A DNA stretch of 40,844 nt from the sequence record DRR723986_2456, one strand, 5' to 3'. The translations under genes were made by a program, and so were the position numbers. Shown in pieces: positions 9,237 to 18,668 of this stretch (position 1 is its first letter; each line of letters begins with the position of its first letter). Under the pieces are notes generated by a model. It was given only the letters and a program-made list of their open reading frames with translations, ran no database searches and was not told where the DNA came from.

Positions 9237-10403
9237 ATGTCTGCAAGCACTACACACTGGCGCGACCCCAAGCGCTATATGTGGGCCTTGGGCCTATTGG
9301 TTCCCCTGTTCCCCATTGTTGGCGCCGCCATCTACATGACAACGGGACAAATTTGGGGCTGGTGGTTTGCTCCTTTCATGGTGTATCTGGTGATCCCGAT
9401 GATGGATTTCGTCATTGGCACTGACCGCTCAAACCCGCCAGAGAGCGCTGTCGCGCAACTCGAGGCCGACCCTTATTACCGCTACATTGTTTACGCGTAT
9501 ATCCCGCTGCAATACGTGGGCACGTTAATAGCTGTGTGGTTTGCCTGCACCGAACTTGGCCCCTGGGGTATCGCTGGCGCCCTGTTAAGCTGTGCTTACG
9601 TTAACGGCATCGGCATCAATACCGGTCATGAGCTTGGCCATAAACGCGACGCTCTCAGCCAGTTTTTGGCGAAGCTGGCACTGGCCCCCGTCGCCTATGG
9701 CCACTTTTATGTCGAGCACAACTTCGGTCATCACCGCAACGTCGCGACTCCCAAAGACCCCGCCAGCTCAAGGATGGGAGAGAGCTTTTGGCGCTTTCTG
9801 CCCCGCACCGTCATTGGCAGCTTGCGCTCAGCATGCGAAATTGAAAAACAGCGCCTCGAGCGCAAAGGCCTCAGCTTTTGGCACTGGCGCAATGACGTGC
9901 TTCAGGCATGGTCGATGACGATTGTACTGTTCGCGGCATGCACGCTCTGGCTGGGCTGGCCTGCCCTGGCGTTTCTGGTGGTTCAAGCGGCCCTCGGCGC
10001 GTCATTGCTGGAGGTCATCAACTATGTTGAACACTACGGCTTGCTGCGCCAGCAAGATGAAAAGGGTCGCTATGAGCGCTGCCTGCCCAAGCACTCGTGG
10101 AACAGCAACCACATCGTTACCAACCTGTTGCTCTATCAGCTGCAGCGCCACTCCGACCACCACGCCCATCCCAACCGAGCGTTTCAGGCCCTGCGGCACT
10201 TTAGCGACAGCCCACAGCTGCCCTCTGGCTATGCGTCGATGATGATCCTCGCCTACTTTCCGCCACTGTGGTTCCGAGTGATGGACCCGAAAGTTGTCGC
10301 TCACCATCAGGGCAATCTCAGTCAGGCGCATTTGCACCCCAGTAAGGCGCAGAAGCTGAAACGCCGTTACCCAACGTCAAGCAATCAGGGCCTAGCGGCC
10401 TAA
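9237..10403 (+). CDS. alkB: Alkane 1-monooxygenase (membrane di-iron hydroxylase)
   Basis: All four AlkB His motifs: HELGHK, EHNFGHH, NYVEHYG, LQRHSDHHA; several N-terminal TM segments; 'PQLPSGY'. Confidence 0.95.
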   Translation: MSASTTHWRDPKRYMWALGLLVPLFPIVGAAIYMTTGQIWGWWFAPFMVYLVIPMMDFVIGTDRSNPPESAVAQLEADPYYRYIVYAYIPLQYVGTLIAVWFACTELGPWGIAGALLSCAYVNGIGINTGHELGHKRDALSQFLAKLALAPVAYGHFYVEHNFGHHRNVATPKDPASSRMGESFWRFLPRTVIGSLRSACEIEKQRLERKGLSFWHWRNDVLQAWSMTIVLFAACTLWLGWPALAFLVVQAALGASLLEVINYVEHYGLLRQQDEKGRYERCLPKHSWNSNHIVTNLLLYQLQRHSDHHAHPNRAFQALRHFSDSPQLPSGYASMMILAYFPPLWFRVMDPKVVAHHQGNLSQAHLHPSKAQKLKRRYPTSSNQGLAA

Positions 10404-10466
10404 TCAACGCGAACACACCTGTCGCCGCCGCTTAGGCGGCGCCTCAGTTTGTAATGGAGAACCATA

Positions 10467-13016
10467 ATGATAAGAAAGACTGCACTATACAGCGCGCTAT
10501 CTATCGGACTCTGCCACAGCCCGCAGCTTTTTGCCGCACAGCTGGAAGAAGTTATCGTTACCGCACAGTTGCGCGAGCAAAGCCTGCAAGACGTGCCGGT
10601 TTCGGTCAGCGCTATCGGTGGTGAGAAATTAATGGAAGCCGGGCTGGCAAAAATTGAAGACCTGCAGGCCTACGTCCCCAACTTTACGATGACCGAATCC
10701 AGCATCGGTACCGACATTTATATTCGCGGTATCGGCTCTGGTGAAAACCAAGGCTTTGAGCAATCGGTTGGCATGTACGTAGATGGCGTGTACTACGGTC
10801 GCGCCCAGTTGGCGCGCGCGCCCTTCCTCGACCTCGAGCGTGTCGAAGTATTGCGTGGCCCACAAAATATCCTGCTGGGTAAAAACAGTATCGCCGGCGC
10901 CATCAATGTCGGCACCGCCTCGCCCAGCCAGGAACCCGAGCTGTTTATCCAGGGCACCTACGAGCCCGACCTCGGTGAGCGAGTGATCGATTTTGTAGCC
11001 TCTGGCCCACTGACCGACGCACTGAGCATGCGCTTTGCAATGCGCCAGCGCCAGATCGACGGCTTTGTGGAAAACCAGGTTCTCGACCGCGATGAGGCCG
11101 AGCGCGACGAGGCAACCTATCGACTGAAAGTCGGCTGGGACCCAGGCGATGACTTCAAAGCCATGCTGAAACTGGAAATTGGCAGCTTCGATGTGGTGGG
11201 TCGTCAGTCGGAGATTATTAACGACACGCCCTCTGACTCAGACATCTTTATCTTCACCGGGCGCACTTATGGTGAAATTCTCAACAACACGGTATTCCCG
11301 GACTTCGGCGCCGCCAGCGGCGTTTTCGCTGCCCTGCCAGCGCCGGTGCGCAACCTGCTGCAACTGCAGGACAACGGCTCTATTCTGAATATGCAGGCCG
11401 ATGACTCGGTGCTCGACACCAAGGCCGATCGCAAGCGCCACGCCAACGGCGACTTCAGCTATAACGATACGCAAAACGTCACCCTGAATATGGACTGGTA
11501 TAAAGATGGGCACACCTTCTCGTCGATTACTGCCTACATGGCTTACCAGTACGATGAGGAGTGTGACTGCGACTTTACCGGCTCACCCCTTTTTCAGGTG
11601 GTCATGGAAGAGGAATACGAGCAGTTCAGCCAGGAGTTTCGCTGGATATCCCCGGCGGGCGAGAACTTCGACATGATCGCTGGCACGTACTTCCAGTACA
11701 ACGATGTCTACTTTTTCGACTCCATTGTTCTGCCCTCCACGCTGGTTCCCCAGCTGATCAATGCTGCCGACCTGCTTGAAGGCGGCGCACGCGGCGACAT
11801 CGACCCCGGCGCCAATGGCAGCAGCGGCTTTGAACTACTGGGTATTGGCGATGCCGGTAACTCGCTGATCGATATTCGCTCACCGCGCGATTTCAAAAGC
11901 GACTCGATTATTGCCTCGGCCTTTATGCAAGGCACCTGGATCATCAATCCGAGTTGGCGCCTGACTCTGGGCGGCCGCTATACCTACGAGAAGAAAAGCG
12001 GCAGCAGGAAGCTAGAGTTCGGGCTGCCGGATGGCTCTCGCCTGCCGATCGGTGAAACCGATACCGCCGCCGCTGTGACCTTTGCCGCTGAGCGCCACGA
12101 CTTAAAAGGTAAGCGTACCGAGTCACAGTTTGCACCGCTGGTAAATATTCAGTGGGACATCAACGACGCGGCAATGAGCTACTTCTCCGCTCGCCGAGGC
12201 TTTAAATCGGGCGGCTACGATGCCCGCTCCAACTCTTCGCCCAGTGCCGACCCCACACCGAGCAACCCCAATGCCGTTGGGCCTAACCCGCAGGTATTAA
12301 TCGGTAGCTTCGAGTATGAGGAAGAGCGCGCCACGTCCTACGAGTTAGGTTTGAAAACCACCTTGTTCGACGGTGTTGCCGAGCTGAATACCGCACTGTT
12401 TTACACCCAGTTCGACGATCTTCAGGTCAGTGTGTTTGATGGCACCCTGGGCTTCAATGTCGGCAATGCCGCCAGCGCTGTGACCCAGGGTATTGAATTC
12501 GACGGCCGTATCGCACTGAGTGAAAATCTGATGCTTGCCGGTGGCTTGGCGTTTTTGGACTTTGAGTTTCAAAACCACGAATTCGGCACCTGTATTCAGG
12601 ACCAGATTCCCGACAACCCCAATGGCATCAACTGCGATTACTCCGGTAAAACCAACCAGTATGCAGCCGACTTCTCGGGCAACTTATTGCTCGCGTACGA
12701 AAGCGCACTGGGTGACAGCTTAATGCTGCGGGCAAACCTGGATGCCATCTTCAGCGACGAGTACCACCCATCGCCAAACCTGGATGAGCGCGTAAAACAA
12801 GACGCCTTTATTCAGTACAACGGCCGGGTATCACTGTCTGCGGCAGACGGCACCTGGGAGCTGGCGCTGCTGGGTAAAAACCTCACCGACGAGCTGATAG
12901 TGCTGTACGCGGTTGACACCCCCGTGGCCAAGAAAGTCATCGCAGGCACCACCAGCCACCACGGCTTTACCAACCCACCCCGGACGCTCGCCCTGCAAGC
13001 CTCTTATCGCTGGTAA
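10467..13016 (+). CDS. TonB-dependent receptor
   Basis: Signal peptide, TonB box 'LEEVIVTAQLRE', 'VEVLRGPQNILLGKNSIAGA', 'RGFKSGG', terminal aromatic 'ASYRW'; GGAG RBS. Confidence 0.95.
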   Translation: MIRKTALYSALSIGLCHSPQLFAAQLEEVIVTAQLREQSLQDVPVSVSAIGGEKLMEAGLAKIEDLQAYVPNFTMTESSIGTDIYIRGIGSGENQGFEQSVGMYVDGVYYGRAQLARAPFLDLERVEVLRGPQNILLGKNSIAGAINVGTASPSQEPELFIQGTYEPDLGERVIDFVASGPLTDALSMRFAMRQRQIDGFVENQVLDRDEAERDEATYRLKVGWDPGDDFKAMLKLEIGSFDVVGRQSEIINDTPSDSDIFIFTGRTYGEILNNTVFPDFGAASGVFAALPAPVRNLLQLQDNGSILNMQADDSVLDTKADRKRHANGDFSYNDTQNVTLNMDWYKDGHTFSSITAYMAYQYDEECDCDFTGSPLFQVVMEEEYEQFSQEFRWISPAGENFDMIAGTYFQYNDVYFFDSIVLPSTLVPQLINAADLLEGGARGDIDPGANGSSGFELLGIGDAGNSLIDIRSPRDFKSDSIIASAFMQGTWIINPSWRLTLGGRYTYEKKSGSRKLEFGLPDGSRLPIGETDTAAAVTFAAERHDLKGKRTESQFAPLVNIQWDINDAAMSYFSARRGFKSGGYDARSNSSPSADPTPSNPNAVGPNPQVLIGSFEYEEERATSYELGLKTTLFDGVAELNTALFYTQFDDLQVSVFDGTLGFNVGNAASAVTQGIEFDGRIALSENLMLAGGLAFLDFEFQNHEFGTCIQDQIPDNPNGINCDYSGKTNQYAADFSGNLLLAYESALGDSLMLRANLDAIFSDEYHPSPNLDERVKQDAFIQYNGRVSLSAADGTWELALLGKNLTDELIVLYAVDTPVAKKVIAGTTSHHGFTNPPRTLALQASYRW

Positions 13017-13029
13017 GCCGCGGACAAGC

Positions 13030-14082
13030 TCAACGTAAACTGTCGTTGAGCTTGTCTAACACTTTCTGACCGGGGCAAAGCTCTGCCTCGGTCAAGGCCT
13101 GCAACGGTGTCTTGCTGGTACCGATAATTTCATGCAGGTCCTGAGAATCCTCATCCATATACAACAGCCCGGTGAGAATTTGCTCTTTGGCTCGGTAGTC
13201 CTTTATCAAGCGCAACGCCGAGCGCCGGCTGTTTAGGTCCAGCTCTGGATCCGCCTTGCGAAGCTGCACCACTGAGCCGTCATGCAGCGTTACCGCCTTG
13301 CTCTCACCTTCGGCATAACTGGCCGAAATTTCCTGCTTAAACGGAACATAATCCACCGTCCCCGTCGCCGCCAAGTGATCGCGCACATACTCATAACCCT
13401 TGGTCGAAGCCGGATTATTATTAAAGGTGACACAGGGTGAGATCACATCGATAAAGGCAAAACCACGGTGACTGATCGCTGCCTTGATCAACGGCACGAG
13501 TTGCTCGCGATCCCCCGAGAAGCTCCGCGCAACAAAGCTGGCACCGAGCTGCAGGGCGATGCTGGCCAGGTCGATGGCCTCAAAGGGATTGGGCTCACCC
13601 TTTTTACTGGCCGAGCCAACATCGGCGGTCGCGGAGTCCTGCCCCTTTGTTAAACCGTAGCAGCCGTTGTTCTCGACCACGTACATCATATTCACGTTGC
13701 GACGCACGGCGTGAGTGAACTGCCCCATACCAATGGATGCTGAATCGCCGTCACCGGAGACGCCAACGTAGATTAAGTCGCGATTCGCCAGGTTCGCACC
13801 TGTCGCGACCGATGGCATTCGGCCGTGAACCGAGTTGAAGCCGTGAGAATTGCCGAGAAAGTAGGTGGGTGTCTTCGAGCTGCAGCCAATACCGGAAAGT
13901 TTGGCCACCTTGTGTGGGGCGATGGATAACTCGAAACAGGCCTGCACAATCGCCGCGCTAATCGAGTCGTGGCCACAACCCGCACAGAGGGTCGACAGCG
14001 CGCCTTCATAATCCTTGCGGGTAAAACCCAACTCGTTAATCGGCTGCTCTGGATGGCGGAAACTCGGGCGTAAATAGGTCAT
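13030..14082 (-). CDS. korB: 2-oxoacid:ferredoxin (acceptor) oxidoreductase beta subunit
   Basis: 'LCAGCGH', 'SGIGCSSK', 'HGR', TPP motif 'GDGD...ENNGCYGLTKGQ', 'SPCVTFN'. Substrate specificity, and so the symbol, is inferred. Confidence 0.9.
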   Translation of the reverse strand: MTYLRPSFRHPEQPINELGFTRKDYEGALSTLCAGCGHDSISAAIVQACFELSIAPHKVAKLSGIGCSSKTPTYFLGNSHGFNSVHGRMPSVATGANLANRDLIYVGVSGDGDSASIGMGQFTHAVRRNVNMMYVVENNGCYGLTKGQDSATADVGSASKKGEPNPFEAIDLASIALQLGASFVARSFSGDREQLVPLIKAAISHRGFAFIDVISPCVTFNNNPASTKGYEYVRDHLAATGTVDYVPFKQEISASYAEGESKAVTLHDGSVVQLRKADPELDLNSRRSALRLIKDYRAKEQILTGLLYMDEDSQDLHEIIGTSKTPLQALTEAELCPGQKVLDKLNDSLR

Positions 14083-15929
14083 TACACGGTCTCCTTGGCG
14101 GCGCGCAGCGGTTGTACTTTGTTCTCGTCAAGGTGGCGACAAATATCGCTCTCAATCTGCCGAGCGGTAATCGGCATACCGCCGTAGTTTAAAATAGGCA
14201 CTAAACGACGCGGCGATACCAGGCATTCGTTGACGATTAAGCTGCGCATTTGCGCGTCACGATTTTGCTCAATAATAAAAAGTTGCTTGTGGCTATCAAT
14301 AAACGCGGCCACACCATCATCGAAGGGAAAGGCCTTTAACCGCAGCGTGTCGACGGCAATCCCCGCTCGCGACAAACTGTCTACCGCCTCTCGCGCCGCC
14401 TCGTGGCTGGTTCCGTAGTAAATCACCCCTACATCTGCAGCGCCGCTCGCGTTGCACTCCTCCGCTTTGGGCACCTTGGTGGATGCCGTTTGCCATTTCT
14501 TCAGCAGGCGCTGCATATTCAATTCGTATTGCGCGCTGTCTTCGGTGTACACGGCGTACTCGTCCCGGGAGGTGCCGCGAGTGAAGAATGCGCCCTTCTC
14601 CGGATGGGCACCGGGATAGGTGCGATAGGGAATACCGTCACCATCGGTATCGAGATACCGGCCAAAGCGCTCCGTCATCGCCTCTAGTTGCTCGCCGCTG
14701 TAGACCTTGCCACGCCGGTATTCGCGCTGGTCATCCCAGCTCAACGGCGGCGACATACTGTCATTCATGCCCAGATCCAAATCGCTCATCACAATCACTG
14801 GGGTCTGCAACTCTTCAGCTAAATCGAAAGCCTCCGCCGTCATGGAAAAGCATTCCTGCGCCGTGGCCGGAAACAGCAGCACGTGTTTGGTATCCCCGTG
14901 GGAGGCGTAGGCGCAAGCCATCACATCCGATTGCTGTGTTCGCGTCGGCATACCGGTAGATGGCCCGGCTCGCTGAACATTAATAAGCACACAGGGAATT
15001 TCGGCAAAATACGCCAGCCCCAAAAACTCACTCATTAGCGAAATTCCCGGGCCACTGGTTGCCGTAAATGCGCGGGCACCGTTCCAACTGGCACCAATCA
15101 CCATACCAATTGCCGCCAGCTCATCTTCAGCCTGCACAATGGCATAGTTCTTATTGCCGCTGGCGGGATCAATGCGCAAGCGTTTGCAGTATTTATCAAA
15201 ACCATCGACCACCGAGGTCGAGGGCGTAATGGGGTACCAGGCCGCAACGCTTGCGCCACCATAGATGGCCCCCAACGCCGACGCCGTGTTGCCGTCGATA
15301 AGGATCGCGTCACCCACGGCGTCGCGACGCTCCACGCGAATACCCAGCGGGCAGTCGATGTTCTCCGCAGCGTAGTGGTAACCCAGTTCCAGGGCCCGCA
15401 CATTGGAAGTAATCAGCTTTTCCTTGCCCTGAAACTGGTCGGCCACCAGGCCGGTAAGCACATCAAACTCGATATCCAGCAACGCGGCGAGCGCCCCCAC
15501 ATAGACCACATTGCGAAACAGCTGCTGCTGACGCGGATCGCTAAATTCCCGACGGCACAAGTCGCGCAGCGGAATACCAATGAAGGTAACATCACTGCGC
15601 AGTAAACGCAGGTCGAGAGGCTTGCTGGAGTCATAGAGGAAGTAACCTCCGGACTCTAATTCTTTGATGTCTTTCGCCATGCTCTGCGGGTTCATGCAGA
15701 CCATCATATCGATGCCGCCACGGCGACCGAGAAAGCCCTTCTCGTTCACCCGCACCTCGAACCAGGTCGGTAGCCCCTGAATATTAGAAGGAAAGATGTT
15801 TTTGGGGCTTACCGGCAGGCCCATACGAAACAACGCCTTGGCAAACATATTGTTGGCACTCGCCGAGCCGGTGCCGTTAACATTGGCGAATTTGATAACA
15901 AAATCATTGACCGCTTCGATACGCTTCAT
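14082..15929 (-). CDS. korA: 2-oxoacid:acceptor oxidoreductase alpha subunit (gamma-alpha fusion)
   Basis: 'WYPITPST', 'QAEDELAA', 'ATSGPGISLM', 'QRAGPSTGMPT'; start moved to ATG 15929 (MKRIEAVNDF), overlapping the upstream stop as ATGA. Confidence 0.9.
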   Translation of the reverse strand: MKRIEAVNDFVIKFANVNGTGSASANNMFAKALFRMGLPVSPKNIFPSNIQGLPTWFEVRVNEKGFLGRRGGIDMMVCMNPQSMAKDIKELESGGYFLYDSSKPLDLRLLRSDVTFIGIPLRDLCRREFSDPRQQQLFRNVVYVGALAALLDIEFDVLTGLVADQFQGKEKLITSNVRALELGYHYAAENIDCPLGIRVERRDAVGDAILIDGNTASALGAIYGGASVAAWYPITPSTSVVDGFDKYCKRLRIDPASGNKNYAIVQAEDELAAIGMVIGASWNGARAFTATSGPGISLMSEFLGLAYFAEIPCVLINVQRAGPSTGMPTRTQQSDVMACAYASHGDTKHVLLFPATAQECFSMTAEAFDLAEELQTPVIVMSDLDLGMNDSMSPPLSWDDQREYRRGKVYSGEQLEAMTERFGRYLDTDGDGIPYRTYPGAHPEKGAFFTRGTSRDEYAVYTEDSAQYELNMQRLLKKWQTASTKVPKAEECNASGAADVGVIYYGTSHEAAREAVDSLSRAGIAVDTLRLKAFPFDDGVAAFIDSHKQLFIIEQNRDAQMRSLIVNECLVSPRRLVPILNYGGMPITARQIESDICRHLDENKVQPLRAAKETV

Positions 15930-17713
15930 GGCTGTACTTCCTCGCCGGCTTTGCTGACGCTGTAATAAAACTGCTGCATATCCCAAGCCGCAGTAGGACA
16001 GCGCTCGGCACACAAACCGCAGTGCAGGCAGACATTTTCGTCTTTAACCATGGCCCTGCCAGTTGCGAGGTCGTCGGATACATAAATGGCCTGATCAGGA
16101 TTGTTCGCAGGCATCCGCAGTTTCTGACGCAGCGTGCTTTCTTCGTCGTCGTTAACAACAAAGCTCAGGCAACTGGTTGGACATATATCCAAGCAGGCAT
16201 CACATTCAATGCACAGTTTCTCGGTGAAGACAGTTTGCGCATCGCAATTCAGGCAGCGCTGCGCTTCGTGAAAGGCTGTTTCGGCATCGAAGCCTAACTC
16301 AACCTCCAAGCTGCGGTCGGACAAGGCCTGATCCAGGTTGGCATGGGGAACACGATAACGGGCGTCATCTTCAATTTGATTGTCATAGCTCCATTCGTGA
16401 ATACCCATCTTCTGGCTGACCAAGGTCACCCCCGGCGGCGGGCGCTGTGTCACCGACTCGCCGCGGCAAAACAGATCAATAGAAATCGCCGCTTGGTGGC
16501 CGTGGGCAACCGCGGTAATCACATTTTCCGGACCAAAGGCGGCATCGCCACCAAAAAACACATTGGGCAGCGTCGACTGGAAGGTGTCCTTATCGACAAC
16601 GGGCAATTGCCACTGATCGAACTCAATACCAATATCGCGCTCAATCCAGGGAAACGCATTCTGCTGACCGATGGCGACCAGCACATCGTCGCAGGCCATA
16701 TCGACTGGCGGCTCGCCGGTGGGTATCAGTTGCCGCTTGCCGTCTTCGTACACGGCCTTCACTTTCTCAAAGCGCATGCCAACCAGCTTGCCGTCTTCAA
16801 CAAGAAACGCCTTGGGGACATGGTTATCGTAGATCGGAATGCCTTCCTGCTGGGCGTCTTCCTTTTCCCAGGGGGAGGCCTTCATCTCTTCAAAGGGGCT
16901 GCGCACGACCACGCGCACGTCTTCGCCCCCCAAACGCCGGGCGGTTCGGCAGCAGTCCATGGCGGTATTCCCGCCTCCGAGTACCAGCACTCTGCGCCCA
17001 ACTGTCTGCACATGACCAAACGCCACACTGGCCAGCCAATTGATACCAATGTGAATATTCGCGTCGGCGGCTTCGCGACCAGAAATATCTAAATCGCGTC
17101 CCATGGGCGCGCCGCTGCCAACAAACACCGCATCGTAATCGCCCTGTTCAAGCAGCGCCTTCAAACTGTCGACATAGTGCCTAAAGTGGCTGACCACCCC
17201 CATATGCAAAATAGTATCGACCTCTTCATTCAGCACCGACTCAGGGAGCCGGAACGCCGGTATCTGGCTGCGCATGAATCCGCCGCCCGCTGGCTGCTCG
17301 TCAAATAAGTCGATGTTGTAACCAAGGGGCATGAGGTCGCGGGCAACTGTCAGCGACGCTGGCCCGGCACCCACCAAGGCTATTCGCTTACCGTTTTTCT
17401 TTTTCGGGATGATCGGCAAGCGGTCCTGTATATCCGCCTTATTATCGGCAGCCACGCGCTTTAACCGGCAAATGGCAACGGGCTCTTCTTCCACCCTGCC
17501 ACGCCTGCACGCGGGTTCACAGGGGCGGTCACAGGTGCGCCCAAGCACACCGGGAAAGACATTCGACTCCCAGTTAACCATATACGCATCGGTATAGCGC
17601 TGAGCCGCGATCAGGCGAATATATTCGGGAACGGGGGTATGGGCAGGACAGGCATATTGGCAATCCACCACCCTGTGGAAATACTCCGGGTCTTTTACAT
17701 CGGTCGGTTTCAA
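15926..17713 (-). CDS. GltD-like FAD/NAD(P)-dependent oxidoreductase with C-terminal 4Fe-4S ferredoxin domain
   Basis: N-terminal 'CQYACP...GRTCDRPCEPAC' cluster; GAGPAS and GGGNTAMD dinucleotide motifs; C-terminal CIECDACLDICP and CLHCGLCAERCP; TTG start after AGGGGG. Confidence 0.92.
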   Translation of the reverse strand: MKPTDVKDPEYFHRVVDCQYACPAHTPVPEYIRLIAAQRYTDAYMVNWESNVFPGVLGRTCDRPCEPACRRGRVEEEPVAICRLKRVAADNKADIQDRLPIIPKKKNGKRIALVGAGPASLTVARDLMPLGYNIDLFDEQPAGGGFMRSQIPAFRLPESVLNEEVDTILHMGVVSHFRHYVDSLKALLEQGDYDAVFVGSGAPMGRDLDISGREAADANIHIGINWLASVAFGHVQTVGRRVLVLGGGNTAMDCCRTARRLGGEDVRVVVRSPFEEMKASPWEKEDAQQEGIPIYDNHVPKAFLVEDGKLVGMRFEKVKAVYEDGKRQLIPTGEPPVDMACDDVLVAIGQQNAFPWIERDIGIEFDQWQLPVVDKDTFQSTLPNVFFGGDAAFGPENVITAVAHGHQAAISIDLFCRGESVTQRPPPGVTLVSQKMGIHEWSYDNQIEDDARYRVPHANLDQALSDRSLEVELGFDAETAFHEAQRCLNCDAQTVFTEKLCIECDACLDICPTSCLSFVVNDDEESTLRQKLRMPANNPDQAIYVSDDLATGRAMVKDENVCLHCGLCAERCPTAAWDMQQFYYSVSKAGEEVQP

Positions 17714-18002
17714 TGTTCCCCCTGAATACTATTCTTATTTGGGTTTGAGGAAGCAAAAACGTCTTGTTAGTGGCGATTACAGCATAGCGATATTAAAAAT
17801 TCATTAGAAAAATGGCGCCATTCCCAGAATGCAATCAACAGTGAGGCGCCAGCTAGAAACGGGAGCCTGCTAACACGCAATGAATTGCACCTGCTGGAGG
17901 TCATTTTTGCCTCTAACGAGGCGAAGGAAGCGAGGTTTGGCGGACCCAAATAAGCCACCGACAACAGGGCTGGAGGCAATTATGGCTATCTAAAGAGACA
18001 GG

Positions 18003-18034
18003 CCCCGCGAGTGCAACCCGGTCGCACTGCGGGG
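18003..18034. other. GC-rich stem-loop directly 3' of phnA
   Basis: CCCCGC(G)AGTGC...GCACTGCGGGG; no U-tract follows it on either strand, so it is not a canonical intrinsic terminator. Confidence 0.5.
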
Positions 18035-18040
18035 AAAAGA

Positions 18041-18601
18041 TTAGCTGGATTTTTTAACAAACTTACTAATAATCACAATGCGCGTGCCATTGACACGCCC
18101 TTCAATATGCTCAGGGTTGTCGCTAAGGGAGATATTGCGAACGGCAGTGCCGCGTTTGGCGGTGAAACTGGTGCCTTTGACGTTAAGGTCTTTGATCAGG
18201 GTAACGCTATCACCGGCCTGAAGTACCGCACCGTTGGCATCGACAGTTGCCACCTGGTCGCTATCGGCCAGCCCTGCTACCGCCCATTTCTGCAGGGGCT
18301 CATCGAGAAACACCATATCCAGCAGGTCTTGCGCCCAGGGCTCGCTACTCAGGCGATGTAACATTCGATAGGAAAGCACCTGAACAGCAGGTTCAGTGCT
18401 CCATACACTTTGATTCAGGCAGTGCCAGCGCGCCGCTTGCAGGGCATCGTCACCGGCAATCTGCGCAAGGCATTCACCACAAACCACCACCGACGCTGGC
18501 TGCTCTGAACCGCTAACCTCATACGCGCTGAGCCCGTCACTACTGCCACACAGCTCGCACTGTCCCTGGCTGCGCTGCATTAACGCCTGATCGATTGCCA
18601 T
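18041..18601 (-). CDS. phnA: PhnA/YjdM domain-containing Zn-ribbon protein
   Basis: CELC and CGEC Cys pairs; C-terminal 'DANGAVLQAGDSVTLIKDLNVKGTSFTAKRGTAVRNI'; start moved to ATG 18601 after GGAGG. Confidence 0.9.
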   Translation of the reverse strand: MAIDQALMQRSQGQCELCGSSDGLSAYEVSGSEQPASVVVCGECLAQIAGDDALQAARWHCLNQSVWSTEPAVQVLSYRMLHRLSSEPWAQDLLDMVFLDEPLQKWAVAGLADSDQVATVDANGAVLQAGDSVTLIKDLNVKGTSFTAKRGTAVRNISLSDNPEHIEGRVNGTRIVIISKFVKKSS

Positions 18602-18668
18602 GATTGCCTCCAAGCAAAAGCCGCGCATTATAAACGATCTGCAGCCGCTGCGGTGAAGGCGCCGACAA

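Noticed and set aside
15930-16013. N-terminal extensions in the ORF track (also at 5895, 18706, 20038, 24210, 24372, 31827, 35129, 38045)
   Set aside because: Downstream starts have better RBS, translational coupling or family-typical N-termini.
16343-17092. 249-aa + strand ORF inside the GltD-like gene, and similarly 32992-33642 and 39615-40259
   Set aside because: Lie wholly or mostly antisense to well-supported genes; expected in GC-rich coding DNA.
17767-17979. 70-aa minus-strand ORF in the phnA-oxidoreductase gap
   Set aside because: TTG start with no SD, no recognisable motif, and it overlaps hairpins and the probable promoter region.
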